64,000 bases of DNA from Tubiluchus corallicola (lineage: Eukaryota > Animalia > Priapulida), in NCBI GenBank assembly GCA_030141605.1, contig JAQGDQ010000015.1, forward strand, positions 62,001-126,000, read 5' to 3'. Positions 12,846 to 28,207 of this stretch are shown here, one piece after another; position 1 is the first letter of the stretch; each line of letters begins with the position of its first letter. A model generated the notes under the pieces. The model ran no database searches. It was not told the origin of the DNA and saw nothing but the letters and a program-made list of their open reading frames with translations. The translations under genes and the position numbers were made by a program.

Positions 12846-14882
12846 ACAGAGTGTGAAATGTGTTAGCAAAGAGGGCTTTAGCAAAACTGCTTTTTCGTTT
12901 TCAATATTAGTGTAATCGTGACTGCAGGTTTAGTGAGCACAGTGTGAAACCTCTTGAAAACCAGGACAAGCTTTTCTCTGTAATGCAGCGCGTGCAAGGT
13001 TTTTTTGTTGTTGCGTACACATTCTGCATAGTTATTCATTAGTGAAATATCCGTTACCAAATGCGCATGTTTGTACTTCGGAGCACGAATTTTCTTGCCC
13101 CTATTTCGATTTAATATAATTCCCAAATTGATCGTGCTTTCTTCATCCAGGCTGCTGTCTGCAAAAAGAGCTAGAATGTCCTATAGTGGAAGAACATCCT
13201 GGTTTTGTGAATGGCATTGTTTGCATTAAACGCCCACCCTTGTGTCGATGTATAATCAATATCGTAGTATTGCAGTAAGCTGTTCAATAGAAGTTAGATA
13301 ACGCAGACTTGTGAGTTTTGTTCGATAAAAAAGTTGAAGTACAAAAATCAGTGTCAGCAACTTATTGTAAGACTAACTAGTCTTTTTACAATGTACTGAG
13401 CACACCACAGTCGCTTTTGGCAAAGAAATAATATGTAAAAGCTGTCAGTTGTAGTATAGGATGATCATGTTTGATGTGATACAAATTATTTTGTTCTTTC
13501 TTTATCTTCGAACAGACTAACATTATCATTTTAAAGACCGCGTATTTTAAAACACGTAACGTGGAGGTTATCACTAACTAACAGAATATAGTAGTTAAAA
13601 ACTAATTAAGATACGGGGCATTGCTTCTCACTTCTTTGATATGATCTCACTGTTTCCTTTGTTTTGTTTCTTTTCTCTCCTTGGCTGTTCCATTTTACAC
13701 CCTTTCTCTCTCCGTGTTCCCATCAAGGTCATCGTTCCATCTCTCTTTGCACCTCTTCATTTATCTTATGTAGATTGAAACTTAATTTACCTATCTTGCG
13801 TAAGCATCTCTGTAGAGATGTGTACAAGAATGCGTTGAGTTACTTTCATCAAATGATTACCAGGCTTTGCACACAACAAAGCAGTGCAACCAATAAACCG
13901 CTTGTATTATTGTACAACGGCAATGGTCGATTTTTATCACCTCAGTGCCATTGTTCAACAGGTGATTTAAGCTAATATTGTTTATTTACCCGTCTGCATG
14001 TTTATTTTCTTCTGTCTGGACTGAAGTGGTTGACAGTAGTGTCTTTATAATGACAGGTCTATTTTGGAGAGGAATTCGGGCAACCCTGCAATTTCTATTC
14101 CGTGTCTCCAGGTATTTAGGTCTGTCGATTATACTGGTGTAATTTTATGGCCGGAGTCGATCCTTGCCGAATTCCAGTCTGCTAAAGAACTGACCCCGGG
14201 CAGTGCAGCGCTTGCAAGTAAAAAACTCGGCACATTTCCACTTTTATCTGTCTGAGTTTTTATTCGCCAAGTTAGTAGCAATAATCGCTTTCCTGTTCCA
14301 TTGTAAGAGGAATGTAATAAAAGTGCAGCTAAAGTAGATTGTTAGAGCCAGCCCCCGCTGGGAGATTTTTTGACACTACTTCATGCCTGCGGGTTGGATC
14401 TATGTGCAATGGGAAAATGCATGTTTGTTGACTAATAAGATTCGCTTGCTTTTAATTTTATCAATCTTTGTTAGCCTGTTGTTGTTGTGACTGAGTTGCA
14501 CAACCTAGTTTAGTAAAATCGATCTGTGTGGGTCTGTGTAGGTCAGACTCAGTAATTTTGGACATTGATCAGTTTTTCAATTGGCATTCACTTTCTGAAT
14601 TTTTCCCCTTGCGCTTTGAGTCAAATTCTATTTTTTCTTCACAGAAATATTTAAGCAATGTGGTGGGGTAGGTTTGAACCTGGACTTTTATTACAAAGCT
14701 GGGTTTCATTGACGGCCCAAGATAGGAGTCAAATGTTGAAAAAATTTAAAACCCTAGTACGTAGTGCTACAAAACTTGCAAGCAACGCAGCTGGGCTTGG
14801 GGCTCAGGCAAAGGTATAGTTAAAAAGCTGAAATCATTTAAGAGCCCGAGACAAGAGCTAAAATTAAACATTAGGGATCGAC

Positions 14883-15328
14883 TTTTAATTCACGGTAACT
14901 CGCAAACGCAGAGGGTTAGATAAACGAAACTTGCAAGACTAATACCTGAGGAAGAGACCCTGAATGTGGTTTGGTGAACGGTGACTTCTGTCAAAAGGTC
15001 AGGGACGCTGGACATCGGTCAATTTTCCGATTGCCATTCAACTCCTTTTAGAGCTTTGAGTTGAATTCAAAATTGTTTTCGCAAGTAATTAGGTATTGTG
15101 AGGTAGATGTGTACCTGGCTTTTTAAACATGAATGACTGTAAAACAACAGTAACTAGACACACGAAACTTGCAAGGCAGACACATCTCAAGTAGCTAAGG
15201 CTCAGGCAGCGGCGCAGTTAAAAAAGTTGGAATTATTTAGCGAACGTGAACGAACCACAATGGACCAGTCATGTGATAAACACGGCCATGCTCGCGGATT
15301 TGAATAAGGATTGATTCAGTCTTGTTGG
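14883..15328 (+). mobile_element. Unclassified dispersed repeat, copy 1 of 3
   Basis: Shares ttttaattcacggtaactcgcaaacgca, ctggacatcggtca, aggtattgtgaggtagatgtgtacc and aaacacggccatgctcgcggattt blocks with copies at 38589 and 50360. Confidence 0.75.
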
Positions 15329-18300
15329 TCTTAGAATTCTGCCTGCTCAACGTCTGCAAAAAATGTAGCGAATATTCGATGATTCGGTGGGTTTTTGGAA
15401 ATGGAGCTTTTTATAGTGTTTCACAAACTGACTAGTCTTTTGATACCATAAAACGCCAAAATTGATAAAAATACTAAAGATGGCTAACAAAAAAGGAAGT
15501 CCGTTTTTGATCTATCATCTCATCCTCATGTTTGCTGTGCTGCCAAAATCGACTTCTTGACACTGTGTACATCGTGAGGCAAAAAAGTTTTTTTTAGATT
15601 TATTAAGATATTATTTATCCATCTATAGCGACTCACACTATGTTCTACTTAGGAATAGAAATTATAAGGTTACTCAAGCCAAGATGTCGCTAATTTTATT
15701 ATTTAGAGTAAGTACCTTTTGAGCTGATATTTTTAAGCATGTACATTTGCTAGTAATCATTTGGTGATGGATCATGAGTATATATAGTCAAGTTCCACCT
15801 CAAATACCCATGCAGCCTTTTAACTGTAGAGTGCGTTAGTTACTTATACTAAAGGTACTTATTTACGCATATGAAATTTTTCAATGAAATTATTAGACCT
15901 CGCAAAACGGGCAGCTTAAAGTTAGCGGCTTTTGAAGTTCATTGAGTTATAACCGACATTTAAATTTTTTAGTTGTTTGGCATGCTGTTTAAGTAATCGT
16001 AGAATTCGTGAATCGCGCAGTGAATCGATGAGTGTGCGCACGCTATTTAGATTGCTATTAACCCTACTGCGTCATCACTAACACTATTAAACTATCTGTA
16101 GTTGATGTGTCTGTGTACTTAAGTGGTTAGCATAATAGAGGATGGGCAGTTTAGCTGAGTTCAGCATAATCCTTTACAAATGGCTAGTGTTAAAATACGC
16201 CAGGTCAAGTTAGGCCACTTTCAAACGCAAAAATTGAATGATAGTGACACAAACATTGTTAAACCAAAACTATGAAAGTTCAGATTAAACAGGCAGGAGG
16301 CTGAATGGGAGAAAGACAACATACTTTGACTTTTTTGTTTATTTAAGTTTACCACCTGCAAGCTCCTAAATTTACAAATATTTATTCGCGAACTCAAAGG
16401 AGTTGCGATTTTAAGAATAAACAAGTAGCTATATAAACCTATAATTACATGGTGCCGACTTACGGCTACACTGGGTTGGAAAAACCTGTTAACAAACAAA
16501 AATTTTAAACTTATTTCATAAAATAACAAAATCTACCGTGCATAAATCTTGCCAGAACTTATAAATTCACTTATAAGGATAACCTATTACGCTGCATTAG
16601 GTTATCCAGTCGATCAAATATTTGATATAAAAAATGTTCTTTCCTGTCTGCCATTGTTTGCATATTTTTTGTGAAGTTGCCTCCTCAAAAGAAACAACTT
16701 TTGCACACAGACCACTTTTTGTCAGATCAATGAAGATGTTTCAAGTTATAAAGTGCTCTTACTGTATTCTCCACACCTTTTACTTCAAGCTACTTCTTTG
16801 TCTTTCATATTCTTGGGCTAAGTCATCACTGACATGCCAATTCCACGTATATTTAAGACGTTAAGAATTAGCTTAAAATTGCACACACATTGTAATAACA
16901 TTTAAAGGGGTTAAGTGTGTGCCACACATTTTTATGCAGACGTTTGTTAATTTGTATTTGTAAATTCTAAAACACAAATTGGCAGCATCCAGAATTTGAA
17001 ATTGAACTCTGCTACATATGATATGTAAAACAACCCCATACTGCCAATTAATACGTTTTATGTGCAGTATTTCATGGTGTTTGGTTTTATCGTGTCTACA
17101 GTAGAAAATTTTACGCAGTACATAAATACCGCTATAGGAAGGGGCAAAATAGTCGAGTCAGCATTTTCAAATTGTGGTCAAATTAAAACCAGTTCTCGAT
17201 TTTGGGTTATCAGTCAAAAATCGGCTAACATTTTATTATGTTGGCTCTGCTATAGAGAATATGGCGAGGCGGCGCTTGTCGTAAATAACTGGTGTTACTC
17301 TGTGACCGTCATGTACACAGACTCGGGGGCTAAATTTCTTTATAGAGTCTACGTTAAATGAGTAAATATTTCCTATAAGTGCAAATATTACTGTTTCACT
17401 CTATAGGAAATAAGCTTATTCTTCCTTTACCAATGTGTTTACAACTTCAGTTCACCACATCAATTTTCTCAATATCTTTTTCAGTATAAAAAGTAAATCT
17501 AATAAAAGCAAATAATCAAATGTTTATCAGTAAAACCAAAATTAATAATGATTTCAAAGTGACCTTTTCACATAATTCCTGTAAATGCAGGCAGAGGGTT
17601 ATAAAAAAAACCAACGAATGTGTTACTTATTATGTACAAATACATTTTCATTGCTGCCTTAAGGGCTCTATTTCTTAACATTTTAGCAGTAAAGGCTTCC
17701 GTTGTTGTTAGACGTCTATTTGATACCTATTTTATCAGGCTGATTATCTATAAAAAGTTGTACATTATAATGATATACCACAGTGGTTATTACACCAACA
17801 TTACAACAGAGTGTGATTATTCTCATAGGCCTGTCAACGTCAGTTTTGATTAAAATGAAAATTAGGTGAGTTAATTATTCTATAAAATTGCCAAAATTGA
17901 ATAGTATATTAATAAGCATCGCAGTTGTCGCATTAACTATGTTAAGTCCAATATTATCATTATTAACAAAAAGATTAGTTTGCAATGTGTATTGTAAATT
18001 CGGCAATGACGTGTTTGTTGATTTCATCATGTCCTTATAGTTGTAGAGCTTACTGCCTTAAGCCTCAAAATAATTACACTGTCAGAACGTATTTTTCTTA
18101 AATATACCATCATAGAAATTTTTCAGACACGTCGAATTAAGCAAGTACTTCTTACACATGTCACATTAGATGACAGTAGAACAAGGGTCAGCTAAGGTTA
18201 TATTATGCATGTTAACATTTAGACTATTTTCAAGTCAATATAAACACACGCTATCTATAAGTGATTACAAACAATTTACACAATAGGCGCGCGTATATTT

Positions 18301-21300
18301 CCGCATTCTGTCATTCTAAAACATAACACAAATTCGCAAATACCCCACGCAAATCTGCTAGTGTAACGTATGTCTGTTATGAAGTTAATAGAGCATCATC
18401 AAACAGTGTATTAAACATTATGTAAGCAAGCAGCAAGCAGAGTTGTTCGGTTGCCTCCCCAACTCTTGGACATCTCTGATATAACTTAGTCTTGCTCATC
18501 TAGCTTTTCTTTCGATGGATTTTAACGTTGTACTTAGTAAAACGTGGGTTGAGCAGTCGATATAGCTGTCTTTGTATCTTCTAAGTTTTTTCTTTTAATC
18601 ATTCTATCTTCTAATTATTTTTGCTGTGTTCTTTCTTTTTTTACTTTCTGTGCTTCTTGATTCTCTGTGAGGCAACTTTGTGTAATATGAAAGGCCATTA
18701 TTGGTGCCTTTTCGAACAATAAGGTTCAATTCTATACTGACGCTGGACAGTGTTGACTAAGGTCGAGCTGAGGATGCTCAGAACAAAAATGAATTCGAGT
18801 TGAATTGGATAGTCCTTGGAGATAAAATATTTCCCCTGGCGGACATGTAACAAACTGTGGCGCTAAAGGTATAAGGCTACTAATTAAGGTGCTGGATATT
18901 CCCGTGACAAAAACTCATCACAAAGACAATACTGATCGAGTTAGTATTATTTCTTTTTATATCAAGTTATTAGTTAAGGAATTAATGTTCTTGTGTTTCT
19001 TATAATCTACATAGCATTCCATATCATTACTACACCTGCGCTTCTCTTTCACTAACGCTGCCCGAGTTTTTTACCTCTAGGAGATTCTGTTCAAACACAA
19101 CAGAAAAGGTTTATTCTGAGAAAAGGCAAGCATTTTGGCGATTATGCAGACACAATAGAAAACATTGGCAATGATTCAACACTCGCGTTTTAACTGGTTT
19201 ATCACAACAAGCACGTCAGCAGCATTTGAAAGAGTGGCAGATATGCAGAGATGATGGACAAGGAGTGAACGAGGCATTAATGGACTTAGACACTTGAGGA
19301 AGTGATGACAACAGTTGTGTTGTGTGGCCATTAGCAGCAATGCCATATGTAGGCCACCATGCATTACTGATTATCTGAGCAATACTGTTGTTCCTCCTTT
19401 GCTATGCAATCAAGGTAAACCTGGATGGGTTCAACCAGTTATTCAAAGCAAGAGGGTAAAATTGTCAGAACGATTTACGGGTTGGTGTTAGTCAATTTTG
19501 ACAGGTCATTGAAGGCAGAAGTCATTCAGGCAGCCACGCAATTCAACCTATTTGATCAATCTGCATGCGAATTAATAGTAAAGGAACGTGACTACCGTGT
19601 TCTAGATAGTTTTCAATGATTAGTAAACTTGTGAAATAAAACCATTCTGCACTCACAAAACAAGTTCCTGATGAAAAACTAACTATACTACAGTGCATAA
19701 ATTTCACTATACACTGGAAATAAGCTTAAGCGCAAAGACCTATTTTATTCTCTTTTCTTTCACCAATTATTGCCTTTTTTTATTTCCGCTTTCCTCTTTC
19801 GGTCTGGCCTTTCATTTTCTCCAGGTGACTGTGTCTCAGAAAATTCACACGAATACTTAAAGAAAAAGATGCTTACAGATTTTCGTCACTATAGCTGTGT
19901 GTTTGCTGTATACTGTATAATAATCATTTATACACTACCAAACAACAAAATAAATGTGTGACCGAGGAAAGAGCTTTAAGAGGTTAACACTGAAGGCGTT
20001 ATGTTTTACACCTATTTAGAACAGCCTCTGTAAGTCTCTATGGAAAGGATGCTCACAGAAACTCTAAGTAACGAACAAAGTCATTATACATTTTTTGTCA
20101 ATAAGAATGTTGTCTGTTAATAAACGATAACTTGTTTTTGAGATGGATTAGTGTAAGATCTTCTTTGTGAACAAAATCCTTGACTGACAAGCATAGCGCC
20201 CTTTATTTTGGATTTGCCTCATACAGTGTATACAAAAAGTTCGAATTCCAAGATATAAATAGGTTCTTCATAGCTATTAAGTAAGCTTATCACAGGGCAA
20301 CAAAAACTCGAGTAGGTGTTTTCTCTAAACACAACTTTCATTTGTACAGTTTGCGTGGTTTGATTTTGGATAAACCATACATATTCTACCTTGTTTACAT
20401 TTATATGTTGACTTAGGAACACATACATTTTTTTACACACACATTACTGTGCACATTGTTTTTGATATTTATTGGCAGACAGTTACAATGGTTATTTAAC
20501 ATACACCATTATTTATTTAAAAATCTCCCAGCGTTTCGGAGATGCGGCATACCATTTTAGGTACACAGTTGGTTTGCTGATCAGAAAGGATACATATTAA
20601 TGTTGCTTTCCTTAATATACTAGCAAAGTGGTTCTGGAAGCGTGGCTCTAAACTGCGTACTTAGATACTCTTAAATTTTTCTGTTCTTCTAGTTTGGCTG
20701 CCTAGATTTTGAGCTATTCACTCAAGTTATCTACTAAGCCACAATCATGCCTGATATCTGGTTGACCAATTTCCTAAAATTTTTGAGTTGTGAAATTTAA
20801 TTTTGAGGTAAAATTTAGGTCAGAAAGAAAATCCCAAATCGAGACCACTGATTGCTCCTCTGAAATCTTTTATCGAGTTGATTCCATGATTTACCAAAGT
20901 TTGGTTGCCCAGCTCCTTATCGTTGGGTTATAATTAACCTTTAACGCCACCAGCAGCTTGCCGAAATCTCTCATCTCTCATCTGACGCTAAAATCTGTCT
21001 TTCATCTGATGCTAACTGTGACTCAAATTTGATTATTTATCTCTTACAGTTTTTGAGTTGTAACTGACCTTTTACATTAAACGAACCCACTGAACCCTTT
21101 CACATTAAACGAATCTGATGTTCAAAGTTGCCTAAGTTTGGTTGCTCAAGTATTTAAAGCTTCTGAGTTGGCAGCTTCTTGCAGTTTTGTGTACTCTCAT
21201 TCCGTCACATCATTGTTGACAAGCGTCACGTCTAGATTAAAGTCTAGAAAATACAAGGTAAACGTGTAATAAAACAGTTTGCGCAATCTCTCTTCTCGCT

Positions 21301-24300
21301 TCAGCTTTCTCACATATAATCACAGCTAACCACAAAGGGTTGTTGAATCTTATATACAGTGTATAATTTGTAAGCAAAGAAATTCATTGAAATTCCTCTC
21401 CCATTCTCTACTGATGAGCAGGATGCAGTTAATGAGCTGTTGCTGCTTCCCAGATCAATGACATCATATCTAATTTCTTCTCTCCTTAATTAGAAAGTAA
21501 ATACCATTCACCTGTTTTGTCCAGTTTTGTAAGCACTCATGTCTGTCTGCATTCGCGTCGCGTAAAAAGGTAAAACTGATTTAAAGAAAAATAGGCTATA
21601 CAATTATTCAGTACAGCATAATAAGTATACGCACGTTCGCTGGGTAAATGTAGTTCATACAAATGCTAAGTGTGGCTAGGTATCTAAAGCACACCTTGGA
21701 GAACTGTGTGCTACACAATGAGAACTTTGTATGTCTAGATACATAAATGGTGCACTATCAAGAGGTAGTTCTTCAAGATCGCTTTTTAAACGCAAAGGAC
21801 GTAGACTTTCATTTTGAGTGCTGATTACGAGCAAATATACATAAACTGTAATATATACGGACAAAATATTTTTACACATTGAAATACAGTGTATATCTTC
21901 TTTCATAACGTTAATTTCTATATCGTCACAAACATCTGAATACTAAGCAAATCTGTCATTGATGCAAACTGTTTAAAAATTAATTATTACTAGCTCGCTT
22001 TTGCATCTATATACAAGATGTTTTTCAAATTACAAGATACATATGTAAAAGACAAAGTTTTGAAACCCGTCTAGTTTCATGTAAGACACTTCCAAAGCCG
22101 AATCGTGTGGATTCCGTGTAGTTAAAACTGTAAAGAAGAAGCGCTCTAGAAAAAAACAGTCATTTTGGTTACAGAATAATGTAATTTGTATGACAAGGTT
22201 GTAAGGCATACATTACTAGTAACAGATGCAGCACTTGTAGCGTTGTTATCTGAGTGCATTAACGAGTAATTTACTGTTGTAAAAGCAGGACGGCTGGTTG
22301 CGATAATGTGAAGTCTGTTATAGTTTAGTTTATTAGTGTTTAATAAAGTTACTGTTTATTTCAAAACATTAATTTGTGACCTTAATGGGTCTTGTATGGC
22401 GGACATTATAATTATAATGGTGTAGCACTCCAGTTATTTACATATACGTGGGCCGCTTCAGCTGACTTTAGGTTTTACTGAAAAGGCTTCATTTGTACTT
22501 GAGTAGTTCTACTGTCTTTTGCAGATTTCAATTTCTGCTAAGGCGTTTAGATTACTCAACTGCCAACCTCACCTGTGTGTTATTTACTTGCATTTACTCT
22601 CAGTCTCACCTCGTTCTTCACAGACTTAATACGCAAGTTTCACCGCCCGCTTGACGAATCTCTAATCTTTTCAGCCTATATAGCATGTAATTTAGACACC
22701 CACGCTCTTGGTTAAATATGTATATGTGAGTCATTCTTCATTCTTTGATGAAATAGCCTAACTTTTCTTAAGATATATAGGCAACATGGGGTTGTACGAA
22801 AGTACCGTCTTATTTATAGGAAAGGCCAAGCTTCTGGAAAGTTAGACTTATTTCAATGTTTGCGAAAAATGTTAGGAGGCGTTGTGTAATTAGTAAAATC
22901 AGCTTAAAATCGCGATCATATCACGCTTGGGGTGCTCCCATTTTAACGCTCATTATTCCACCAAAAGACGTCGTGCATCGATTGAAGAAAAACAGCTCAC
23001 TGTCAATTTCCTTCAAAAGTATAAGTTTTTACAAAGCTAATTTTGCAGTGTTTTCGCATGAACATTAAGTAAGGTGCAGAAGTTTGAATTAATTTAAGGG
23101 GCGCACGCTTACGGAAAGCCACGATGCGCTTACGAAAAGTCACGAAGTCCTCCGGTCATGTCGCTATTTGGCGGTGATTGGCGGTAACCACCGCCTCGGG
23201 AAATTTCTATAGTGCGGTGATGTATTTTTACATTTATACTTCATAGACAATTTTTTGCAAATTTCTTTGTTATATTTTTCTAAATTTATGTGATAGCAGT
23301 GAAATAAACCCGACATGCTAAGTGACTTGTCATTTCCTTTAAAGACTTTTCAAGAAACTGTGTTCGTACCGTCCTATTTATGAGCATGGTTACAAAATTC
23401 AATGTCTGCAACTCCTGCCCTATATATTTTGTAAAGGGCTTTCCTAGAATATTTGTAAAATTACAAGCTCTATTACGTATTTGTATCGAAATATTTTGCA
23501 GATACTTAGTTACAAAGCGGTGCTTTTAACATGTAAAAATGTTTTAGTTCTTTATTTTATAAATTGTTTTTTGAGATTTATAATAAAATACATTTTTTTC
23601 AATTATTAAATAGTATTGACCATTTAAATATTCGTGAACCTGTTATTGCTAGTTTATTTATACAATTTGATACACTGTAAAGCTTGGTCTGCACAACACT
23701 CAACAGTAGGGCCTACTTGATATATAGTTGTGACGACGAGATCAGAATCTAGCTTAAAAACCTTCCAAGGGACGACACTGTTGATGATTTAACTACATTC
23801 AGTAAACTCTCTCTCTCCTTAACAAAAAAGAGAGTTACGGTTGATAAAACCACCCAGGTAGCTTCCCCAACGGCTGCCCATCCATTTTTTGACCAGCATA
23901 GCATTGCTGACTTTGCAGTCAAGTAGTTACAGTAGTACTGTGACTACTTTGCTATTCTTCTCCTACAAGCACAAAAATATTGTTCTGCACCGAAAAAATT
24001 ACCAACTACATGTACCGTACTCAAAATTCGGTAATTTTTACCAGTATGAAATTGTGATCGAATTTTTAATGAGGGCTCCTAATTTTATACCAATAAAAGC
24101 TGGATATGCCTTTAACTCTTTGCTACCTTTCATTGTGAGCCTCTCGCTATAGCGCAGACAGGTTTTCGACAAGAAACTGCCAGAATCATGTCAGGTCATA
24201 TCGAGAAACAGCCGATTACCGGCGGCAATTCGGAGGAAAACCACGCATCCGATTGTTAATTTGGGGGCTGGAAAATCTAGTTCCTGCTAAATTTGGTATC

Positions 24301-25299
24301 TATGATACAGCAATTGTTGATATAACATATACAATACGACCTTAAATGTGACCTGCACCATGAGACAAGACACAAGGGCAAGGTACTTTTAATGTAACTT
24401 TTATGTACATTTAACATTTCGTTTATAATAATATGTGAAGGTTTATAATATTATTTATAATATTTATTTGCAAATTATTTCATTTATAATATATGTGAAT
24501 ATGTTAAGTTTTATGTCTCTTCCAATTGTTAAAAAACTAAAGAGTTTTCAGAGGTTTAAGCAATAATTATAGTTATAATACTTTAAAGTCTCCTAAAATT
24601 GTAATGTTGCACAGTTATCAGAAAACGATGTTCATAAACTAATCCTTCTTGAAACATATAAAACATAAAAGTACTAAAAGCTTTCCAGACGAGCGCCCCA
24701 AAAATCCCATCTCTTAAAACCCTAAGATGTCACAACAGAATTCCTAATTTTTATGAATTTCCATGCATTTTGGTCTATATAGTTTCTGAAATGCGCAAAC
24801 GCTTTTCCACTTTTAGCACCATATTATGCTGTTACCAATTTTAGTAACATAACATTGTTAAATCGCCCAGTGTTCATCTATTATGGATGATGCCGAGTGT
24901 AAAATAGGACGCTCGTGAAGTGTCTGTTACACCCTGGGAGCTTCGGTAGTGACGTATACACCGTGCTGCTGACGTCATTCCGGTCCGCTAATTGCAACTC
25001 AGCTGAGAAGAGAGTATACGTCCCAGTCGTAAAAATGGCTTCAATGCAATGGCCATCAGAGCCACAAGAAGCTTAAAAGCTGCTTGTTGATTGTGCATGA
25101 AGCCATATTGATTTTTCAGTGATTTTTGAAGAACGTATTCCCGGTTGGACCATTATCTGGGAGTTAAATGTCTGAATAGAAAGATCTCTTATTCAAATTA
25201 AGGCCCTGGTTCGACTTTTTTACTTTTCTTCTTTTATACAAAGATCAAGTTACTGCGGGTTCACGTCATCTTAAATTTATAATTACAAAGAACATCTTT

Positions 25300-25640
25300 A
25301 ACCTGTCTTTACACGTTGATGGTACGTACTCCATACAGACCAAATGGTGTGTTTCAGCATTGTGCAAAGTTTCATGCTTTTAAGACAAACTGAACAATTC
25401 TGTCATTTTGTGCAACATTTGCAGCCATCTTAGCAGCCATCTTGAAACGATGTGATATTAAAGGAGCATTTCAGCATCAGGTATTGGTTCCATGACCTTC
25501 AAAACCTATATTTAGACACAAAAATCGTTATCCTGTCTGCTTTGATAATTGCAGCCCTTAAAGCTAGCAAGAACCATATTGTCTGCCATCTCGAACATTG
25601 CGGTCATATTGGACGAATTTTGATTGAGTCCATGACCAAA
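25300..25640. mobile_element. Decayed non-autonomous DNA element (unclassified)
   Basis: Motifs gtgcaaagtttcatgctttt, tandem gcagccatctt and aaaacctatatttagacacaaaaatc resemble common invertebrate non-autonomous repeats (recalled; not searched). Confidence 0.4.
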
Positions 25641-26004
25641 ATTAATCACCTTAATGAGCTCTATAGCACTGCGTAAAGGCTTTTGAGTCAAAATGAGTAT
25701 TTTTCATCATTCTGGAAGACTAAATACCATTCGTTTTAATCTAATGACGCCCATCTTTTTTCACGACATAATCAGACCATTTGCAGTGCTCGAATTTCGG
25801 GCCTATCTTCGATATAGAACAAACTACTACGAGGTAACATAAAAAAATTTCTCGCAATTTTTATGGGTAAGTTAGCAAATTGATCCCACTAATGGGAAAA
25901 ACAATGAAGGCTGAGAATCTCGTGATCTTTCGCTAGAGATATTTGTATAAAGCTAAAGTTTTGCGCTACAGATAACACAGTATTTTAGTACGTGTGCACG
26001 ACCG

Positions 26005-26350
26005 TTTGGTTTGATTTGATTTGATTTAAATCTTTATTTCAAACTCTAGCTTCATACACACAAAAATACATTTAGGACAAAAATTACGCACAATGATTAC
26101 AGATATGTACAATTATAATGGCTTAGTTATAATATCAAATGTTTAGAAATGTCATTTTCGTTTTAAGATGCCTCCTGCTTATTCTGAAGAAATAATTGCA
26201 TCTATCCACGTTTTATCTAAGGACTAATAGTTTAAACATTTCATGTATGTGATGTGTTTGAGCAAACTACGGAAAGTAAACATGCCAGAGATAAGATTTA
26301 CGTTTTAGTACAAGTTTAGGAGATTCCAAGATGAGTGTTGGAAATTACCT
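26005..26350 (-). mobile_element. 3' end remnant of a non-LTR retrotransposon (LINE)
   Basis: Minus strand reads LILESPKLVLKRKSYLWHVYF (like the ORF2 C-terminal HyilECp.f...R.kYl motif), then an AT-rich UTR, AATAAA and an (ATCAA)n tail. Confidence 0.55.
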
Positions 26351-26449
26351 GCTGAACTCAGGTGCGTCTGGTCCGTTGATTAAATTCGTAAACTCAGAAA
26401 GTCCATTATCAGCCTGTGACATTTTGCTGTACTCTTACTTAAAAGAAAG

Positions 26450-26454
<5 letters not shown>

Positions 26455-26502
<48 letters not shown>
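26455..26502. repeat. (AG)24 microsatellite followed by an A-rich tract to about 26700
   Basis: Directly visible. Confidence 0.95.
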
Positions 26503-26507
<5 letters not shown>

Positions 26508-28207
26508 AAGAAAGTGAAATAACAGTTGTCGGATAGACAAAAATAAAAAAATAACAAAAAAAACAAGAAAGAACGGAAACGATTAGAGAACGAGAAAAAG
26601 AGAGTAACTGAAAGAAAAAAGAAAGAAAGGAAAAAGAAAAAAGGAAACAAAAATAGAAAAATTAAGGGAGAAAGGAAGGTAACGAGTGAGACAGACTGTC
26701 TAGCGAAGGAACAAATAGACATATTAACAAACGAACGTAGAAATCAAATGAAAGAAGGAGCCAATACAATGCTTGTACGGGTATTTTGCTCCTATATGCG
26801 GTAGTGTTGAAAATAAAGAATGAATGAATGAATGGCTGAAAAAAGGAAGAAAAACTAGGCGATCATGTGAACTAACCCTCGAAATGTAAGGCCACAGTTA
26901 CTTTCTTCTGTGAAGTGATATTTGATGACGTAATGTGGAATGACGTAAGCTTAGTGCGAATAGCTGCAAGTCAGGAGCGTACGCCAGAAGTTTAGTCGAG
27001 CTGAGAACTAGAAACAATAGCAGCATATCTAAAAAAGCTACAAACTTGCAGTTTGTTATAACGTGCCAGGCGTGGCACAATCAGATTATGAATTATTGTG
27101 TCTTACTAATATAATAATAATCCTTAACGTAACACGTAAGTCAACAAATGCTATGTTTGCTACCGTAACTGTTTCATCGGAGGTTAACCCTTTTGTATAT
27201 AAAATGGAATAACCGCCTTTATGTCGTCTGCAAAGTTTGACTGTTGAGCGTACAAAAAATATATTCTCATAATAGTTTATGTATTCACGACAATGTAATA
27301 TGCTTTACGAACTTATACCATATAACTCCTTTTTCATTTTCTGTACTGCATTTCGTGAAAATCAATTTTTAGTACACGTTAGTACATCCGTCACTGAAAA
27401 TGAGAGAAATCATAAAGCTGCTTCAACTTGTTACTGGTTCCATGAATTTTGATATTCTTTAGAGTTTTGTCGTAACCGTTTGATGATTTATTTTTCAGTT
27501 AGATTTGTCAATTTTTGTGTTACCATTCATCATTTTTGGTTTATTTTTGTGATATTTTTGGGTGGAGAGAGGAAGTCACTAGCAAGAATGAAGATGTACT
27601 AGTGGAGTGGGTAGTCTAGTTAGTCGACAGCCATTCGTGTTTGGTGAAAGTTGGCTATTGAAACTAAAAATCGGGGCCAGAATAAGCAGGTAAAAGGAAA
27701 ATTTACATGAAAATACTTACTCGAAAACGAAGACGCACGTATAGCAGAATCTATCAAACTACGAACACCCGTAACTTCTAAAGGTGTTTTGGCAATGCGG
27801 TAACGCAGAAAACAGAGCATTCTTGTGAATAAAAGCGTGCATTCTTGAAAATAATTGCCCTAAGTCAAAATGCCATGTTTGATCAGCCTAGGCAGAAACG
27901 TGAGATAGGCATTTAGTCGCCACAAGTGTGTAAAATTGTGGTATTAAGTCAAACAGATAAGTAAAAACAAGCTTTACTGAATGAAAAAAGACAGGGTGGG
28001 CAAGGACGGTGGGGTGAGTGGTCGTGTCAGAGGTTAAATTCTGAGTTGGTACAATTCTCTTGTACCTACGCGGTGTACGCACTGTTATAGATTAAAAAAG
28101 TTTTGGCTATTTAAGTGTGTAAAAGTATTTGAAACCAGAAGAGCTCGAACAAAGTGTCTTGTAGAGTCTTGAACGTTACAGTGGATATAGATTATAGCCT
28201 AACTGAT

